Origin: Candidatus Uhrbacteria bacterium
GTDB taxonomy: Bacteria; Patescibacteriota; Patescibacteriia; UBA9934
Reading direction: 5' to 3'
Assembly: GCA_903827265.1 (NCBI GenBank)
Contig: CAIKHN010000003.1
Location: 24,392 to 88,391 of the forward strand
Length of the DNA: 64,000 bases
This document shows, piece by piece, positions 48,455-57,679 of the stretch (its first letter is position 1; every line of letters starts with the position of its first letter). The position numbers were made by a program, and so were the translations under genes. The notes beneath the pieces are model-generated. The model did no database searches. It was given only the letters and a program-made list of their open reading frames with translations, and had not been told where the DNA came from.

Positions 48455-48853
48455 GGGCCTGACGGGTTTCGATACTCTTCGGATCCTCACAAATCACGCC
48501 GGAAGGGCACCATATTCCGAAATCCCGTGGTGCAACGAGATACTTGCAAACGCATTCTCAAAGGTGAAGGCAGCTATCGCTTCGGCGTTTAGCGTTCCTT
48601 CATTCTCATTGGTTACCGCCTAAGGGCCGCAACCCATCCACTTCGCAATGCCTCATAGCGGAGTTCGGGTGCAATATTATGAGACTATAGGCGTTCTCTT
48701 GTTCGCTCAGAGAACGTAACCCGTTGCAGCGAAATCGTGTCGATGATTCTTGTTCCGTCTTATCATCGCCCCGTACTTGACGGAACTGCGCGTGGAACAA
48801 ATTTGTTTGGTGAGGTGGGGTAGACGAGGGTTCAACTCCCTCCAGGTCCACCA
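48455..48853 (+). ncRNA. ssrA: tmRNA
   Basis: 5' GGGCCTGA..GGTTTCGA and 3' GGGTTCAACTCCCTCCAGGTCCACCA form a tRNA-Ala-like acceptor with G3:U; internal tag ORF 48546-48623; smpB nearby; promoter TAGACC-17-TAGTAT. Confidence 0.93.
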
Positions 48854-48886
48854 GAAAAAGACGACTCGCAAGAGTCGTCTTTTTCT
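48853..48886 (+). terminator. tmRNA terminator
   Basis: AGAAAAAGACGACTC GCAA GAGTCGTCTTTTTCT. Confidence 0.85.
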
Positions 48887-48928
48887 GTATATTGAGGTAT
48901 AGTAGGAATATCTTACTTTCATACTTCT

Positions 48929-49174
48929 ATGACAACGATTGTAAAAGCTACGAGCAAGGGCCAAGTGACGCTTCCAGCAAAGTGGCGCAGACTTTGTGAA
49001 ACAAATCGATTCACACTTAAGGAGAGTGGTGATTCACTTTTGATCACGCCGTTACATGTTGATGCTTTGGAAGACGAGAAATGGGATACGGTTTTTGATG
49101 CGAAGCGTGACAATGAGGGGAGAGGGATCCCAATTAACGATTTCATCAAGGTGCTGAAGAAGTCCTTGAGGTAG
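48929..49174 (+). CDS. AbrB/MazE-family antitoxin-like DNA-binding protein
   Basis: TSKGQVTLPAKWR..L.ITP. Confidence 0.8.
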   Translation: MTTIVKATSKGQVTLPAKWRRLCETNRFTLKESGDSLLITPLHVDALEDEKWDTVFDAKRDNEGRGIPINDFIKVLKKSLR

Positions 49175-49176
49175 AT

Positions 49177-49416
49177 ATGGATGAAATCGAAAAACTTCTT
49201 CGAAAAATGAAGAAGGCAGATCGCGAGCGATTGATTTCAGTAATGGTGGCCCTGATTGCGGGAGCGACTGAGGGGCTTCACATTAAGAAGCTTTCCGGTT
49301 CGAATTTGTACCGTGTTCGTGTTGGCGACTTCCGGATTGTGTTTTCTATTGATCGCGCAACAAAGAAGATTCTTATCGAATCCGTTCGTTTGCGAAATGA
49401 GGGAACATGTCGATAA
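49177..49416 (+). CDS. RelE/ParE-family toxin
   Basis: IKKLSG..LYRVRVGDFRIVF..R.E. Confidence 0.8.
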   Translation: MDEIEKLLRKMKKADRERLISVMVALIAGATEGLHIKKLSGSNLYRVRVGDFRIVFSIDRATKKILIESVRLRNEGTCR

Positions 49417-49425
49417 CTTTTGAAT

Positions 49426-50529
49426 ATGAAACTTCCTCTTCTCACTTTCACATCTACGCTGTATTCGGATATCGACCTCTCGAACGTGACGATCGTCGCC
49501 TGTCAGCATATTCTTGGCACGACGGTCGATCTTTTTGGGACGCTTTTTGCGAAGGGCTTGAAACCTGAAAACTGTTATGTTTTGGGAAAATGCTATTCAA
49601 CACATTGGGGAACGCTGAATGGACTTCGGAAGATGGGAATAAAAGTTTCGGATCTCAGCGCCGCGTTTGACGGGGCTAGGAGTTACGATGAACAGTTTTC
49701 GGAGTATGTGAAACGATTCGCTGATGACGCGAAGGCAGACGGTGCTTTTGACCCGAGTCGGAAAACCATTGTTCTTGATGACGGAGGATTTCTTCTTCGA
49801 TACGTTCAGGACCATATCGAGGAGGGCGTTCGTATTTCTGGAGTTGAACAGACAACCTCCGGTTTTGAGAAGATCAAGAGTGAGGGATTGCGGTTCGGAG
49901 TGATAAATGTTGCTCGATCAAGAGCGAAGCTTGGAATCGAGTCTCCGTTTATCGCGGAAGGCGTGATTCACGAGATGGAAAAGAGAATGAGGATCGATGC
50001 CGGAACTCGAGTTTTTATTGTTGGTCAAGGCGCGATTGGTCGAGCGATTAAGGCCCTTCTTAAGGATCGATGTAGCGTCTCCGGTTGCGACTCCGATGAA
50101 GGACTGTGCGATTTTGGGGGACAATACCATGATCAAATTCCGACATTCGATGTCATCATCGGAACAACGGGGAAGTCCATTCTGCGAATCGCTGATCTCC
50201 CGAGTCTGAAGAAAGGAGCTGTGCTTGTGAGTGCATCGTCTTCCGATCGAGAGTTTTCGGCTGTAGAAATGCGCGTTGCTTCCGGTGCCACCGACGATTG
50301 TCACTCCGATATTGAAGTTGAGGGTATACGTCTGCTCAATGGCGGCTTTCCTGTGAACTTTGCAGGGCAAGAAGATCCAACGCCACCGGAAAAGATTCAG
50401 CTCACTCGTGCGCTGTTGTTTGCCGGGGTCTGCGAAGCTTCGCAATCAATACCGCCGGGATTCCACGACCTCTCCGACACACAAGATCGTGTTGCGGAAG
50501 AATTTCTTAGTTATTCCAAATCTCGTTGA
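49426..50529 (+). CDS. Divergent S-adenosylhomocysteine hydrolase (AhcY)-like NAD-binding protein
   Basis: ACQHIL.TT, YST, LDDGG, EQTTSG, INVA.S..K, Rossmann GQGAIG. Confidence 0.65.
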   Translation: MKLPLLTFTSTLYSDIDLSNVTIVACQHILGTTVDLFGTLFAKGLKPENCYVLGKCYSTHWGTLNGLRKMGIKVSDLSAAFDGARSYDEQFSEYVKRFADDAKADGAFDPSRKTIVLDDGGFLLRYVQDHIEEGVRISGVEQTTSGFEKIKSEGLRFGVINVARSRAKLGIESPFIAEGVIHEMEKRMRIDAGTRVFIVGQGAIGRAIKALLKDRCSVSGCDSDEGLCDFGGQYHDQIPTFDVIIGTTGKSILRIADLPSLKKGAVLVSASSSDREFSAVEMRVASGATDDCHSDIEVEGIRLLNGGFPVNFAGQEDPTPPEKIQLTRALLFAGVCEASQSIPPGFHDLSDTQDRVAEEFLSYSKSR

Positions 50530-50948
50530 ATTGCGCGGTCCAGATCTCGCATTTTGATCGTTTCTCGTTTCTCGTACTTTCTCTTTCCTCGCGCCAACGC
50601 AATTTCGAGCTTTACTCTATTTCGAGTCACGAACAATGCGATTGGCACAATGGTGAGGCGGTCGGCCTCGCGCTTCGCTCGAAGATAATCGATTTGGCGT
50701 TTGTGGAGGAGGAGCTTTCGAGTGCGAGTTGGGTCGTCGGAATCTTTTGCTGGAGCTTTCGCGTATTGCCCAATGTGCATGTTGGTGACGTAGGCTTCGT
50801 CGTTGCGCACTGTCACGAATGCACCTTTTAAATTGACGCTCCCAGCTTTCGCGGCTTTTGTTTCTGCGCCAGTGAGCACTAATCCTGCCTCGAATTTCTC
50901 GAGGATCTCGTAGTCGTGGAAGGCTTTTTTGTTCTGTGCAAGACTCAT
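50511..50948 (-). CDS. smpB: SsrA-binding protein SmpB
   Basis: NKKA.HDY.I.E.FEAGLVL.G.E.K, R.RKLLLHK, K.EIALARGK..Y.KR..IK. Confidence 0.97.
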   Translation of the reverse strand: MSLAQNKKAFHDYEILEKFEAGLVLTGAETKAAKAGSVNLKGAFVTVRNDEAYVTNMHIGQYAKAPAKDSDDPTRTRKLLLHKRQIDYLRAKREADRLTIVPIALFVTRNRVKLEIALARGKRKYEKRETIKMRDLDRAIQRDLE

Positions 50949-50983
50949 ATCGTTGTGAGATCATGATACACTAATGGTGATTT

Positions 50984-52033
50984 ATGACCACACGCAAAAT
51001 TGACGGAACGCCGGGGGTGAAGTCTATCGCTATTTCGAGCGGAACCATGTTTCGTGTTGTCATTATTGCTGCCGTTGCGGCGTTCCTGTACATGATTCGT
51101 GACGTTGTTGCTATGACGTTGGTTGCGGCGTTCCTTGCTTCGCTTATCGATCCATTTGCGGACATGTTTACACGATGGAGGATTCCACGCGCGCTTGCGG
51201 TGCTCGTGGTGTACGTTCTTGGTTTGGCGTTTTTTGTGCTGGTCACGCTCCTTATTGTTCCTCCGCTTCTGACGGAATTAAGCGAGCTTGCAACAGCGCT
51301 TTCACCGTTCATTGCTGGTGCAAGTGGATGGACGCAAGTAGATACGTTTTTTGCGGGCGTATGGAGCTCGAATATTGGCAGCATTATTTCGACGGTGCGC
51401 GACAGTGGAATTGTTGGTGCGTTTCCAAAAATCGCTGCAGTTGGTTCGTCGGCATTCGATGCCGCGTTGAGCGTTGGTGTTGTTCTCATTTTGGCGTTTT
51501 ACTTTGTTGTTGAGAAAAACGAGATGATTCGCGGCATTGGCATTGTTGCGCCGGCCGAGTATCAGCCGTTTGTGATGCACATTGCGCTGAAGGCTCGAGA
51601 GCAGATGGGAGTCTGGCTTCGTGGACAGCTTGCACTCATGGGATCAATCTTCGTGCTTATTTACGGTGCGCTTACGATTCTTGGCATTCCATACGCACTT
51701 GTTCTTGCGTTGCTCGCGGGCCTTTTAGAAATTATTCCGTTCGTTGGGCCAATGGTGTCGGCAATTCCTGCAATTGTTCTTGCGCTTGCGGTGTCGCCGC
51801 TTCATGCATTACTCACTGCACTTGCGTATTTAGTCATTCAACAGATTGAGGGGAATATTCTTGTGCCAAAAATCATGCAAAAGGTTGCGGGTATTAATCC
51901 TATCGTGAGCGTTCTTGCGGTCTTGATTGGCTGGCGTGTGGGCGGTATCGTGGGCGCGGTACTTTCGATTCCACTTGCAATGGCGGTTATGGTCTTTACA
52001 CACGATGTGTTTCATCCTAAAGAATCTCTATGA
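50984..52033 (+). CDS. AI-2E family transporter (PerM-like)
   Basis: WLRGQL, LEIIPFVGP, QQIEGNILVPKIM, GGIVGAVLSIP. Confidence 0.9.
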   Translation: MTTRKIDGTPGVKSIAISSGTMFRVVIIAAVAAFLYMIRDVVAMTLVAAFLASLIDPFADMFTRWRIPRALAVLVVYVLGLAFFVLVTLLIVPPLLTELSELATALSPFIAGASGWTQVDTFFAGVWSSNIGSIISTVRDSGIVGAFPKIAAVGSSAFDAALSVGVVLILAFYFVVEKNEMIRGIGIVAPAEYQPFVMHIALKAREQMGVWLRGQLALMGSIFVLIYGALTILGIPYALVLALLAGLLEIIPFVGPMVSAIPAIVLALAVSPLHALLTALAYLVIQQIEGNILVPKIMQKVAGINPIVSVLAVLIGWRVGGIVGAVLSIPLAMAVMVFTHDVFHPKESL

Positions 52034-52431
52034 GTGACAACGACGTATCGCAGCGAAATTGGTTTCCGGTGATTGTTGGAGGATTAACGATTGTTCTTGC
52101 AATTGCATTTTATGCAAAGTTCCGTCCTGAAGATTTTTCAGGATTCATGCATCGCGACGTTGATGATCGATCGTCTGCGGAGTTGGTAGTGAATGAAGAT
52201 GGATATATCGCTGCCGTGAAAACGATCTTTACTGCCTACGACGCAAGTAAGAATGCGGGCGAGGCATACGATACGCTCATCCAGCTTCACGCTCCTGCGT
52301 CAATGAAACAGTTTCACATTGATTGCATTATTGCGTTAGGAAAACTTGTTGAAGGCGGCGCCACAAACACTGATGACGCGACGGCTCGATTCAATGCTAT
52401 TCACGCACAATACTCTTGGTTTAGCCTGTGA
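52030..52431 (+). CDS. Hypothetical membrane-anchored protein
   Basis: N-terminal TM; ATGA overlap within the operon. Confidence 0.7.
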   Translation: MSDNDVSQRNWFPVIVGGLTIVLAIAFYAKFRPEDFSGFMHRDVDDRSSAELVVNEDGYIAAVKTIFTAYDASKNAGEAYDTLIQLHAPASMKQFHIDCIIALGKLVEGGATNTDDATARFNAIHAQYSWFSL

Positions 52432-53192
52432 TCCTTCTTCATCGCATCACACCGTTCGGCATTGCGTTCGTGAGTATCGCGTCGTTTGCGTCGCTGATTG
52501 CTTCGCCGTTCTTTGGTATGAAGTTATTAGTTCCAGCGATTGCGATTCTGGCGTTTTCATTTGCGCGATTGTTGTTATGGGAATTTCGTCGACCAGCATT
52601 TTGGGTGTTTTTAGGGACACCGATGTTGTTGTGGTGTTCGTCGCTGATTTTCTTTTTCTTTCTTGAAGACCCTGTAAGTAAATGGATTATCGCAACGACT
52701 GTGACGTTTGCAGTTGCGTTGTATGCCGAGAATGTCTTTACGTTTTATCATTTGCCGAGCGCATATCAGGCGTACGCTCTTGAGAATCTTTCTTTGGTGC
52801 TGTACGTGCTGAGCGCATTTTTCTTTACGAGTGGAGCGTTCGGTGCGCAGTTATTCTTGCTGTTGCCGGTATGGATTCCGATGCTTGTCGTGTGTGTTGC
52901 GGTGCTTCTTGCGACGGTTGCGGTGTTTTGGGTGAGTAAAATTGGATTTGAAACCGGGCGACCTTATGCGATTGTTGGCTCGATACTTATGGCCGAGTTG
53001 TACGGCGTGCTCTCGACGTGGCCAACAAGTTTTGTGACGAACGCGGCAACATTTGCGGTGTTGCTGTATGCGTTTCTTGTTCTTTCTCGCGCGAACGTTC
53101 TTGAGCGACTTACCAAAAAGTCTGTCATGCGGTCCGTGGCGTTTGTTGCTGTCCTTTTGATTATTATTCTCGGCTCTGCACGCTGGCTCTAA
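52428..53192 (+). CDS. Polytopic membrane protein
   Basis: ~8 hydrophobic helices; GTGA overlap with the upstream gene. Confidence 0.75.
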   Translation: MILLHRITPFGIAFVSIASFASLIASPFFGMKLLVPAIAILAFSFARLLLWEFRRPAFWVFLGTPMLLWCSSLIFFFFLEDPVSKWIIATTVTFAVALYAENVFTFYHLPSAYQAYALENLSLVLYVLSAFFFTSGAFGAQLFLLLPVWIPMLVVCVAVLLATVAVFWVSKIGFETGRPYAIVGSILMAELYGVLSTWPTSFVTNAATFAVLLYAFLVLSRANVLERLTKKSVMRSVAFVAVLLIIILGSARWL

Positions 53193-53201
53193 TATTTTTC
53201 T

Positions 53202-54335
53202 ATGAACACCCCTTCGCACTATTGGTGGAACATGAGCAAGCTGTTACTCCTTGGCCTCACTGCGGGAGCAGGAGCAGGGATTGTTGCTGCGGTATGGACG
53301 TCGCGAGCGTTGGACGATTACGCCGCGTCGCTGCTCGCCGATCGTCAGTTACCGCAAGTTTCAACGGAGCATCCAACGCCAATTCCGGGAACGTATGAAG
53401 AAGCGCTTTCTCGAGTTCGCGAGAACGCAAAAACAGGAATCGCAACACTCATGCAGACGTCGACAGATAGTTTTGCGGCAAAAGCGTGGCTTACAGGCGA
53501 TAACGCTTTTGGATACGGCGCTGTTGTTAGTGACGACGGATGGGTTGCGGTTGATCGAAGCGTGCTTGAAGACGTCAAAAATCCACTGAAGGACGTTGAG
53601 GTGTGGATTGGTGGAAAACGATACACGGTACTTGCGGTTGTGAATGCTTCGCAGACGAGCGTTGCCATGATTCATACGAGCGCGACTGGCGTTGCGCCAC
53701 TTGGGTTTGCTGCGGCGAATGCGGTGCGTTCTGGTGAAATGATGTTTGCGGTTGACGGTGCTGGGGGAGTGTTACCAACAGCGGTTGCGGAGAGTGAGGC
53801 TGAAGTATTTTCCGGTGCACAGAACGCGGAAACATTCGCAACAGACTGGCTTCTTTCGTCGTCGGCGTTTGTGCGTTCCGGTCCGTTGTTGAATTCCGCC
53901 GGAGAACTTTCCGGGTTTGTTCGTGCATCAGATGGTCATGCGGTGCCGCTGCATCATGCGCTTCATGCGATTCGTACCATTGTGAAAACTGGAATTGATG
54001 CGGTGCCGCTGTTTGGCGCATATACCGTCGATCTTGCTCGTGCGTATAATATTGATGCTGATCTACGCCAAGGATTGCGCGCTGGAGCATTGGTGTTTCA
54101 TCCTGATCCATCGATGCATGCAACGGTGCGCGGTGGGCCTGCGTCAGAGGCGGGTTTTGCAAGCAAGGATATTATTCTCGCAGTCGATGGGGAATCGGTT
54201 ACGGACGCAACGTCGCTGTCGGAAATTCTTGCTGAGTATGATCCGGGAGATGTCGCACGCTGCACCGTGCTTCGCGCTGGCCAAACGATGACGATTTCCG
54301 TAACGCTGAGCGATATATCGAAGCTGGTATACTAA
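53202..54335 (+). CDS. HtrA/DegS-like trypsin-PDZ protein, catalytically degenerate
   Basis: G.GAVVS.DGW, GPLLN..GE..G, PDZ (GPA.EAG....DII.AVDG); lacks TNxHV and GNSGG. Confidence 0.75.
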   Translation: MNTPSHYWWNMSKLLLLGLTAGAGAGIVAAVWTSRALDDYAASLLADRQLPQVSTEHPTPIPGTYEEALSRVRENAKTGIATLMQTSTDSFAAKAWLTGDNAFGYGAVVSDDGWVAVDRSVLEDVKNPLKDVEVWIGGKRYTVLAVVNASQTSVAMIHTSATGVAPLGFAAANAVRSGEMMFAVDGAGGVLPTAVAESEAEVFSGAQNAETFATDWLLSSSAFVRSGPLLNSAGELSGFVRASDGHAVPLHHALHAIRTIVKTGIDAVPLFGAYTVDLARAYNIDADLRQGLRAGALVFHPDPSMHATVRGGPASEAGFASKDIILAVDGESVTDATSLSEILAEYDPGDVARCTVLRAGQTMTISVTLSDISKLVY

Positions 54336-54339
54336 CGCT

Positions 54340-54984
54340 ATGGCATACCGATACGCACAACTTTCGCCGTTATTGAGTGGGTGGGTCACTATAGTGCTTG
54401 CTGGAGTGATCGGCATGGCACTTGCGGTTGGCTTGTCGTTTTTGCGTCCACTCGAATACAGCTCGACGACGCAAATTCTCATTACTCAAGAACTCGGTGC
54501 GGTTGATGCGTATACCGCGAGCCGTTCTGCGGAGCGTATTGCTGACGGCTTGGCGAGCGCAGTGTATTACTCAACATTTTTCCAGAAGGTGATGGAGTCC
54601 GGATACGGAATTGATGCAACATATTTTTCCGATGACGCGATAACCCTTCGAAAGCAATGGCAAAAAACAGTAGAGGCAACGGTGTCGCGAAGCAGCGGAT
54701 CGTTATCTATTACCGCGTACCATACCGATGTCGATCAGGCAAAGAAAATCGCGCAAGCTGTTGCGTATGTGTTGACGAACGAAGGATGGACGTACACGTC
54801 TGGTGGAAATATTACGGTGCAAGTTGTCGATGACCCGTTGAACTCTCGATACCCCGTTCGTCCGAATTTATTGGTGAACGGATGTTCTGGTTTGGCGCTT
54901 GGTCTTCTTGGTGGCGCCGGATACATCATGATCGCCGCAGAACGCACACGTCGCCGACATCAGTTTATGCATGACGAGGATTAA
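54340..54984 (+). CDS. Wzz/YveK-like polysaccharide chain-length determinant
   Basis: TM-P.EY.STTQILI..A..IA.AV..PV.P-TM architecture. Confidence 0.7.
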   Translation: MAYRYAQLSPLLSGWVTIVLAGVIGMALAVGLSFLRPLEYSSTTQILITQELGAVDAYTASRSAERIADGLASAVYYSTFFQKVMESGYGIDATYFSDDAITLRKQWQKTVEATVSRSSGSLSITAYHTDVDQAKKIAQAVAYVLTNEGWTYTSGGNITVQVVDDPLNSRYPVRPNLLVNGCSGLALGLLGGAGYIMIAAERTRRRHQFMHDED

Positions 54985-54985
54985 A

Positions 54986-55357
54986 CCTCTCCCCCTTACG
55001 AAGGGGGAGTCGGATGGGGTCCTTGAACTAATTCTTGGAAGGGGGGGTGCGGGAGGGACGAAAACGTTGGGAGAGTATGGGTGTTTGATTTTAAAAGGGG
55101 TGTTTTGTTAACGCAACTCATTTGCATTAAGGAATCGCTGGTTGGTTTTGGTGACGTGCAAGGAAGCTGATGGCGCTGTACGCAATTACCGATGATGTAT
55201 TTTTGAGTTTGAAGCGATCATTTCTGAATTTCCGATTCAGATCGCGTTGTGACGCGAAGTTTAAAAGGGTCAAAAAACGACAGTAGTGTTTCAAAATGAG
55301 GATACCGACCCGGACGATTCACCTCCCCCCGACCCCCTCCTTCGTAAGGAGGGGGAG
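54986..55357. repeat. Inverted pair of GC-rich REP-like palindromes
   Basis: CTCCCCCTT ACG AAGGGGGAG..GGGG (54986-55020) and CCCC GACCCCCTCCTT CGT AAGGAGGGGGAG (55322-55357). Confidence 0.55.
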
Positions 55358-55514
55358 ATTCTTAGTGAATCAGGGGTCCCTGTTGATAGATTCTTGACGC
55401 TTGCGTCTGCTTTTGGTTCCCTTTGCTCACGAAAACCCCTTGAGGGGACCCTACGGAACGGTTGTGACGCCTCCTCCTCGTTGCAATTTGTCACCATAGG
55501 GTCTCCTGAGGGGG

Positions 55515-55587
55515 TTTTATTTTGGCCATTTTCGGCTTGCTGCGTCGCAAATTCGCGCGACGTACCGAGAAGTACGCCTTGCGAATT
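55515..55587. repeat. Palindromic repeat family copy E (partial, opposite orientation)
   Basis: Reverse complement AAGGCGTACTTCTCGGTACGTCG..GCAAGCC GAAAATGGCC AAAATAAAA. Confidence 0.6.
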
Positions 55588-55610
55588 ATTTCTCTAATCT
55601 TAATAAACAC

Positions 55611-55639
55611 TTGACTTTTTTGGTGTTTTTTGGTATGAT
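55611..55639 (+). promoter_or_regulatory. sigma70 promoter followed by a ~160-nt structured leader
   Basis: TTGACT-17-TATGAT; leader stems CTTCAGTAGTTTGGTGT/ACGCCAAACTTCTGAAG and GCGCAGA/TCTGCGC. Confidence 0.65.
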
Positions 55640-55801
55640 GATCTGTCCTTGAATAAAGGATTCCGAGTGGAAAGGGCCTGTATGTAGTAGCTTTCTGTTC
55701 TTCAGTAGTTTGGTGTTCTGGGTGCTCCCTCCAGCATCCGGTTGACGCCAAACTTCTGAAGCGCAGAATCCTCTGCGCCAGCGCTCACCCTCGGAGTAAC
55801 C

Positions 55802-56719
55802 ATGCTCGCCCTTTTCCTCTCGACCGCTCTCGCCGATGACGCCGCCGTCACCACCCCCGATCCGACCGACCCCACGGCGCAGACCACGGCCCTCTCGGGC
55901 CCGGCCTTGACATGGTACGTCCAGAAGGCGGAGGAGAAGCCGGCGTGTCCGGCCCCGGCGCCCGTTGTTAAGCACCACAAGCGCAAGCACGTGGTGGCCT
56001 CGACTCCCGTGGCCCCGGTGTCCGACCCGGTCCTGCCCGTCGTGAAGCCCGATCCGATCCCTCCGGTTCCCGTGACCCCCGCGGTCACGCCGGCCACCGA
56101 GAACGACGACAGCGACCTCGCCGTCAAGTTCTCGGAGGACTGGGAAGAACTCGATCACTTCGGTGACAACGAGAAGGAGGAGGCCTCCGAGCCCCCGCCG
56201 GCCGAGCGCGAAGAACCCACGTTCTCCCCGAACCGAGCCCAGCTCGGCATCGGGGCGATGGTGGTCATCGCGCCGCCGCTGCCTTCGGCGCAAGCCTGGG
56301 CCGCGGACCAGCTCAATGCCTTCGGGCGGTACGAGTTCGGCGTCAGCAACGGCTTCTCGGTGGGGTTCGAAGCGATGGCTGGCTACGGCATCAGCGCGGA
56401 CGCCACGAGCTTCCGCGCCGCCCCCGTCCTCGCCTGGGACATCGGACCCCGCACCGGCCTCACGGTCGGCGCAGGGCCTTCGGTCCTGTGCGAGCGTGCT
56501 TTCACCGCTGGGCCTCTCTGCTCGGTCACCCGCACGGGTGGCTTCGCCGAGATGGGCATCTCCGTCCAGGCGGCCGGCCCCGTCGGCCTCGAGTTCCTCC
56601 TCGGTGGCGGCTACGACGTCATCGAAAGCGTGAAAGATGGACCCGGCGCGATCGGCAACGGCTACGCGGGGATGCGGCTCTTCTTCGGGAGGGTCGGCAC
56701 CGGCGAAACCGTGGAGTGA
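55802..56719 (+). CDS. GC-rich secreted protein: Pro-rich linker plus putative outer-membrane beta-barrel
   Basis: SD GGAG; signal MLALFLSTALA; C-terminal alternating amphipathic Gly/aromatic strands ending GYAGMRLFFG. Confidence 0.6.
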   Translation: MLALFLSTALADDAAVTTPDPTDPTAQTTALSGPALTWYVQKAEEKPACPAPAPVVKHHKRKHVVASTPVAPVSDPVLPVVKPDPIPPVPVTPAVTPATENDDSDLAVKFSEDWEELDHFGDNEKEEASEPPPAEREEPTFSPNRAQLGIGAMVVIAPPLPSAQAWAADQLNAFGRYEFGVSNGFSVGFEAMAGYGISADATSFRAAPVLAWDIGPRTGLTVGAGPSVLCERAFTAGPLCSVTRTGGFAEMGISVQAAGPVGLEFLLGGGYDVIESVKDGPGAIGNGYAGMRLFFGRVGTGETVE

Positions 56720-56790
56720 CGCAGTACGGTTCGGCTGGGAGGGAAGAGGGTAAAACCTCGACTCTCCCGGCCGAACGCCCAACCCTACAC

Positions 56791-57040
56791 ATTGACATTT
56801 TCCCAAATTTCTGCTATAGTATTTTGTTCACAATTGATGCCTTTTCAAGTCCAGTCCATGCAAGCAGTGAAGCGAAATCTTCACTTCTGTCATGGTCTGG
56901 GTCTTACTCCCGACGCCGCTTAATTCTGAGCGCGTGAGGGGTGTCCCTCGATCAACGTTCTCGTCCGAAACCCCAAGGCCATAGGAGCCATCATGTCCAA
57001 GATCGTCCCGTTCTTCCTCCTCGTCCTCGCCACCGCCTGC
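56791..57040 (+). repeat. Duplicated promoter + leader + SD + lipoprotein signal module, copy 1
   Basis: TTGACA(56792)-17-TATAGT(56815), ~170-nt leader, AGGAG, MSKIVPFFLLVLATAC; near-identical to 57680-57932. Confidence 0.9.
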
Positions 57041-57571
57041 ACGACCTACACCGACAACCAGGATCAGCCCGGGTTCCAGGACAAGGTCGAGGGCGCGGGG
57101 ATCGTGCCCCCCGACTTCGGCTTCAAGCCCTACGACGACGGCATGTTCCTCTGGTCCAGCCAGAGCGCCCCGGACATCGCGAACCCGAACCAGGTTCTCG
57201 GGACCCGCGGTGCCGATCGCGCCCGCAACTGGGTGTGGGATCGCACGAACGTCAGCATGTTCCCCCTCCTCGAAGGGAGCATGGCGGTGGCCTTCGGTGG
57301 CCAGCTCGCGTTCGACAACACCTACCTCTTCACCTTCGCCGCGGACTACGCGGTGCCGGGTGAGGACGAGGGGTGGGCGATCGACAACGAGAGCACCGAG
57401 GAACAGGAGTACGTCTTCTACCGCTCCGACGAGTGCGGTTACCCGGTGGTGGACATCTGCCTCCACGTCGACAAGGACGGCAAGCCCGGTCCCGACGACT
57501 GCGACGGCATGTACGTCGCCCCCGACCCCTGCCCCAACGGGTACGTCGAGGAGGAAGACACCGGCGAGTGA
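56993..57571 (+). CDS. GC-rich orphan lipoprotein
   Basis: LATAC lipobox; acidic, ends EEEDTGE. Confidence 0.75.
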   Translation: MSKIVPFFLLVLATACTTYTDNQDQPGFQDKVEGAGIVPPDFGFKPYDDGMFLWSSQSAPDIANPNQVLGTRGADRARNWVWDRTNVSMFPLLEGSMAVAFGGQLAFDNTYLFTFAADYAVPGEDEGWAIDNESTEEQEYVFYRSDECGYPVVDICLHVDKDGKPGPDDCDGMYVAPDPCPNGYVEEEDTGE

Positions 57572-57679
57572 TCGCCCGGTCGCGTGACCGATTCACGCAC
57601 CTTACGTCCCGGCATTCTTCCAACACACGGTTGGTGAATGTCCGGGGCGTTTGCATTTTGGAAAAACAGCAAGAAACAT

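Noticed and set aside
48853-50529. Integrated element at the tmRNA 3' end
   Set aside because: No duplicated ssrA 3' end and no integrase were found; only a TA pair and an AhcY-like gene.
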